From the NCBI GenBank assembly GCA_026705445.1, contig JAPPAR010000011.1:145776-209775 (forward strand): a stretch of DNA of 64,000 nt, read 5' to 3'. Of this stretch, positions 60,663 to 64,000 are shown one piece after another. Positions within the stretch are counted from its first letter, which is position 1. Each line of letters starts with the position of its first letter. The position numbers and the translations under genes are program-made. Origin of the DNA: Candidatus Dadabacteria bacterium. Lineage in GTDB: Bacteria > Desulfobacterota_D > UBA1144 > Nemesobacterales > Nemesobacteraceae. The notes under the pieces were generated by a model. It did not search any database, was not told the origin of the DNA, and saw nothing but the letters and a program-made list of their open reading frames with translations.

Positions 60663-62048
60663 TTGGCCAAAAAAGCGTGGGGAGGCCGCTTTGCTTCCCA
60701 GACACACAATATCGCCGAGAAGTTCTCAGAATCGGTAAGTTTCGACAGGCGTCTTTACAAAGAAGACATAAGGGGAAGTATCGCCCACGTGAAGATGCTT
60801 CGCGAGACCGGGATTATTTCCCGTAAAGACGCATCCCGAATAACCAAGGGTCTTCGGGAGATCGAAAAGGAAATAGACCGCGGGGAGTTTGCCTTCAGCG
60901 AGAGCTACGAGGATATCCATCTCAACATAGAAAAAAGGCTTATCGAGAAAACGGGGTCTTCGGGTGCCATGGTACACACCGCAAGGAGCAGGAACGACCA
61001 AGTTCTAACCGACACGAGGCTTTACCTGAGGGGGGAGACAGAAGAGATAATTTCACTTGTGTGCGCCTTGGCGGAGCAGTTCGTTGAACTTTCCGCAAGG
61101 AACTTGGGGGTGGTCATACCTCTCTACACCCACATGCAGCGTGCACAGCCGGTGCTTCTGTCCCACCATCTTCTGGCTTACTACGAAATGCTAAAGCGCG
61201 ACCGCGAGAGGTTTATTAACTGCCTTGCAAGGGTGAATGTGAGCCCGCTTGGAAGCTGTGCCGGGGCGGGAACCTCGTTTCCGATAGACAGAGAGATGAC
61301 CGCTGAGGATCTGGGGTTTAAATCAGTTTCCAGAAACAGCATTGACGCTGTGAGCGACCGTGATTTCTGCGCGGAGTTCGTATTCTGCTGCTCGATTCTG
61401 ATGATGCACCTGAGCAGGCTTTCCGAGGAACTTGTTTTGTGGAGTGCAAAGGAGTTTGACTTCGTTGACCTCGGGGACGGGTTCACCACGGGTTCTAGCA
61501 TAATGCCCCAGAAAAAGAATCCCGACATGTCGGAACTCACCCGGGGAAAAACCGCTAGGGTCTACGGAAACCTGAGTGCACTTCTGACTTTGATGAAAGG
61601 ACTTCCGCTTTCCTACAACAGGGACATGCAGGAGGATAAAGAGCCTCTTTTCGATACGGTTGACACGGTAAAGCTTTGCCTTCGGGTTAATGTCGAGATG
61701 CTGAAGACGCTTGAATTCAAGGAAGAGAACATGAAGAAGGCCCTTGAGGGAGGCTTCGTTACCGCGACCGATGTGGCGGACTACCTGGCCCGCAAGGGTG
61801 TCCCGTTCCGTTCGGCCCACGAAACCGTGGGGAAGATAGTTTCTTACGCCGAGCGGGGGGGGAAGGAGCTTTCAGATCTTAAGCTTTCCGAATTCCGCAG
61901 ATTTTCCAGAAAAATCGACGAGGACATTTTCAAGGTGATAACGTTCTCGGGTTCCGTTGAGAGCAGGAATTCCCTGGGCGGCACTTCAACCTCGAACGTG
62001 AGAAAAGAAATAGCAAGTGCCAGAAGGTTCCTCAAAAGATGCATGTAG
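60663..62048 (+). CDS. argH: argininosuccinate lyase
   Basis: The fumarate-lyase signature is GSS.MP.K.NPD. The ArgH N-terminus is WGGRF. Confidence 0.95.
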   Translation: MAKKAWGGRFASQTHNIAEKFSESVSFDRRLYKEDIRGSIAHVKMLRETGIISRKDASRITKGLREIEKEIDRGEFAFSESYEDIHLNIEKRLIEKTGSSGAMVHTARSRNDQVLTDTRLYLRGETEEIISLVCALAEQFVELSARNLGVVIPLYTHMQRAQPVLLSHHLLAYYEMLKRDRERFINCLARVNVSPLGSCAGAGTSFPIDREMTAEDLGFKSVSRNSIDAVSDRDFCAEFVFCCSILMMHLSRLSEELVLWSAKEFDFVDLGDGFTTGSSIMPQKKNPDMSELTRGKTARVYGNLSALLTLMKGLPLSYNRDMQEDKEPLFDTVDTVKLCLRVNVEMLKTLEFKEENMKKALEGGFVTATDVADYLARKGVPFRSAHETVGKIVSYAERGGKELSDLKLSEFRRFSRKIDEDIFKVITFSGSVESRNSLGGTSTSNVRKEIASARRFLKRCM

Positions 62049-62087
62049 CCGTTTTTCCGGAAGAGTCGGCAATGATTTTCATTCTGT

Positions 62088-62741
62088 TTGCGGTGCGCCA
62101 TGGGTTTTAAGCTCGGGGGACTTTACGTGATTACCGACGAGGGGCTGATTCCGCGCGGTTCTTTCTGCGAAACAGTTGAGAAATCGTTGGCGGGAGGAGC
62201 TGACATCGTTCAGTTAAGGGACAAAACTTCTCCGCGCTCGGAAGTCGTCGCCTTGGGCAGGGAACTTCTCGGTATTACGAAGAGGTACGGCGTGCCGCTT
62301 ATAATAAACGACTCCCCGGAACTCATGATGGAAATAAAGGCCGACGGGGTGCATCTGGGGGAGAATGACCCGAACATAATACCCACGAGAAAAAAACTGG
62401 GTAACGGCGCTATCATAGGCGTTTCCTGTTACGGTTCTCTTCCAAGAGGTATACACGCCGAGAGAATGGGTGCCGATTACGTTGTTTTCGGAACTCCCTG
62501 GGCTACTCCGACAAAACCCGGCAGAATCCCCACCCCTTTTGAGACTCTGGTTGAGGCGAGGACCGCTATCACGGGGATTCCGATATTTGCCATAGGGGGA
62601 ATATTCTCCCATAATGCGGCACAGGTGCTTGCTACCGGGGTGGACGGTGTAGCAGTCATAACGAGCGTTTTTGGGTCAGATGATCCGGAAGGTGCTTCGA
62701 GGGACCTTCGCTCCGTTCTTAAGGGTCACCCGGCTGTGTGA
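62088..62741 (+). CDS. thiE: thiamine-phosphate synthase
   Basis: The pattern is LYVITDE...ADIVQLRDK...GVHLG... Confidence 0.9.
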   Translation: MRCAMGFKLGGLYVITDEGLIPRGSFCETVEKSLAGGADIVQLRDKTSPRSEVVALGRELLGITKRYGVPLIINDSPELMMEIKADGVHLGENDPNIIPTRKKLGNGAIIGVSCYGSLPRGIHAERMGADYVVFGTPWATPTKPGRIPTPFETLVEARTAITGIPIFAIGGIFSHNAAQVLATGVDGVAVITSVFGSDDPEGASRDLRSVLKGHPAV

Positions 62742-62756
62742 CCATACGGGGAAACC

Positions 62757-63572
62757 CTATTCGGGCTTTGAGCATATGACGAGATGATTTGAGGCTCTTC
62801 CCTCGTCAACCAGCCCCAGATACGTATCGAAATACTCAATGTGATAGCGGGTGTTTTCCTCGCCCTGCTCTTCGGCAATCACGGCGGAATGCTTTTTGTA
62901 AGCGTCTCCCCAGTTTTTAACCTGAACCCGGAAATCCGCCACGTACTCGGTTATTTCCTCGATACGAAATCCGGCCGATTCAAGCTTTTCCCTGTAACTT
63001 TGAAGCGAGTCGTAATATTGCGGGATAAGATAGCCCCTGGCCATCTTCTCTTTTGTTTCCTCGTCACCGGATATCTCGAAGGTGCCGCTTAGAAACGCCC
63101 ACGTTCCGGAAGGCTTAAGCACCCTGAGAACTTCCCTGAAAAGACCCGTCTTGTCAGAAAACACGTTCATCACGTTAAGACTTATTGCCAAGTCAAATGT
63201 GTTTTCTGTAAACGGCATTTCCATCGCGTCGCCCAGATAAAATTCCGTTTGTTCCTCAAGCCCGGAGTTTTTCGCGAGTTTTCCTGATACGTCGACTCCC
63301 ACTTCGTTAATTTCTATTCCGGATACCCTGCATCCGGTCCTGTCGGCTATGTATATCGCGGGACCGCCCGCTCCGCTTCCCACGTCAAGAACATGCGTTG
63401 TTTTCTCTATGCAGAACCTGGGGATCAACTGATCAAGATAACGGGGAGTAATGAACGACTGCTGTCCTATGTCATCCTCTATTCCCCATATGGATTCTCT
63501 TATGAGCCTGTTTGCGGGACTGTCGAGCTGGTGAAGCTCGGAATAATCTACCCCTATCCGTTTTTCGTTCAT
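62757..63572 (-). CDS. class I SAM-dependent methyltransferase
   Basis: The AdoMet motif I is VLDVGSGAGGP. Motif post-I is EI (acidic) and motif II is KPSG. Confidence 0.75.
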   Translation of the reverse strand: MNEKRIGVDYSELHQLDSPANRLIRESIWGIEDDIGQQSFITPRYLDQLIPRFCIEKTTHVLDVGSGAGGPAIYIADRTGCRVSGIEINEVGVDVSGKLAKNSGLEEQTEFYLGDAMEMPFTENTFDLAISLNVMNVFSDKTGLFREVLRVLKPSGTWAFLSGTFEISGDEETKEKMARGYLIPQYYDSLQSYREKLESAGFRIEEITEYVADFRVQVKNWGDAYKKHSAVIAEEQGEENTRYHIEYFDTYLGLVDEGRASNHLVICSKPE

Positions 63573-64000
63573 CCGCAGTATGGTGCCTCCGATTGAATTT
63601 CAGGAATTTTCGTAATTGAATCTACACTCTAACTGGCTAAACGCAATAAGCGATCCTTGAGCAGAGCGTCATTTGCTGCTGAGTGCGCAATGGGACTGAA
63701 TTCTGAGACGCTGCGACGTGTTTCGGCCGGACCGGCATCTCATCACTAATATGCGAACCGCTCATTTGGCCGGATGTTCGATTTTTCCGCCAAAACGGCG
63801 GAGAACTCTCTTTAGGTGGGCACGGAAAAGAATTTTCGGAATTGACCGACGGCGGGGTGAAAAAAAAGAGGAGGTACTAAAAAGAACCTTTCGGATTCCC
63901 TTCAAGTACCTCCCCAATTAAATTGATCAAAACGCTAAAGACTCTAAAACAGCAAACCGAAGTCCGACAGACTCCTAGAATATCTGAACGTCAAAGTCAT

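Overview
This is a bacterial chromosomal window at roughly 55 % GC. I cannot assign a lineage from sequence alone. Most of it is housekeeping core. It carries gltX with an adjacent tRNA-Glu, coaE and a three-gene biotin-dependent acyl-CoA carboxylase operon (carboxyltransferase, biotin carboxylase, BCCP). It also has two lipoprotein ABC substrate-binding proteins, a divergent pair of luciferase-like (LLM) flavin oxidoreductases, rplM-rpsI and a myo-inositol-1-phosphate synthase. Further genes are a sigma-70 factor, Fe/Mn SOD, a PIN/TRAM(yacL-like)-ispD-ispF block, purB, a DsbA-like protein, pyk, a Na+/H+ antiporter and an F1Fo ATP synthase operon (b', b, delta, alpha, gamma, beta, epsilon; the a and c subunits are not here). 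The window ends with a class II B12-dependent ribonucleotide reductase (nrdJ), an MscS channel, argH and thiE. A clear cobalamin riboswitch sits upstream of a TonB-dependent (BtuB-like) receptor. Together with a BtuF-like binding protein and nrdJ this gives the window a corrinoid-uptake and corrinoid-use theme. A 5.3-kb gene encodes a 1756-aa modular surface protein with cadherin-like and Calx-beta repeats and an autotransporter-like C-terminal beta domain. Two homopolymeric G tracts (G10 and G9) lie upstream of it. The most striking feature is an ~8.5-kb low-GC (~38-42 %) insertion between pyk and the antiporter gene (~40.13-48.74 kb), a defence island. It holds a Type II (short) CBASS operon: a patatin-like CapV, a cGAS/DncV-like nucleotidyltransferase and an E2-like Cap2 that carries an unusual Cys/His-rich C-terminal extension. 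An XRE-HTH plus ImmA/IrrE-metallopeptidase pair (CapH/CapP-like) is transcribed divergently from the CBASS operon. Next to these is a restriction-modification module: a Dam-like D12 methyltransferase, a large Type IIS-like endonuclease gene broken by a single in-frame TAA, and a beta-class N6/N4 methyltransferase. A MazE/MazF-like toxin-antitoxin pair lies just outside the island. Other curiosities are a degenerate tRNA-Lys copy next to the tRNA-Glu and a duplicated ~125-bp element. The first copy follows a small Pro/Ala-rich membrane protein gene and the second supplies the C-terminus of the BtuF-like ORF. There is also a secreted tandem Cache-like protein with a C-terminal anchor, and palindromic NrdR-box-like sites upstream of nrdJ. 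I found no transposase, integrase or CRISPR array.
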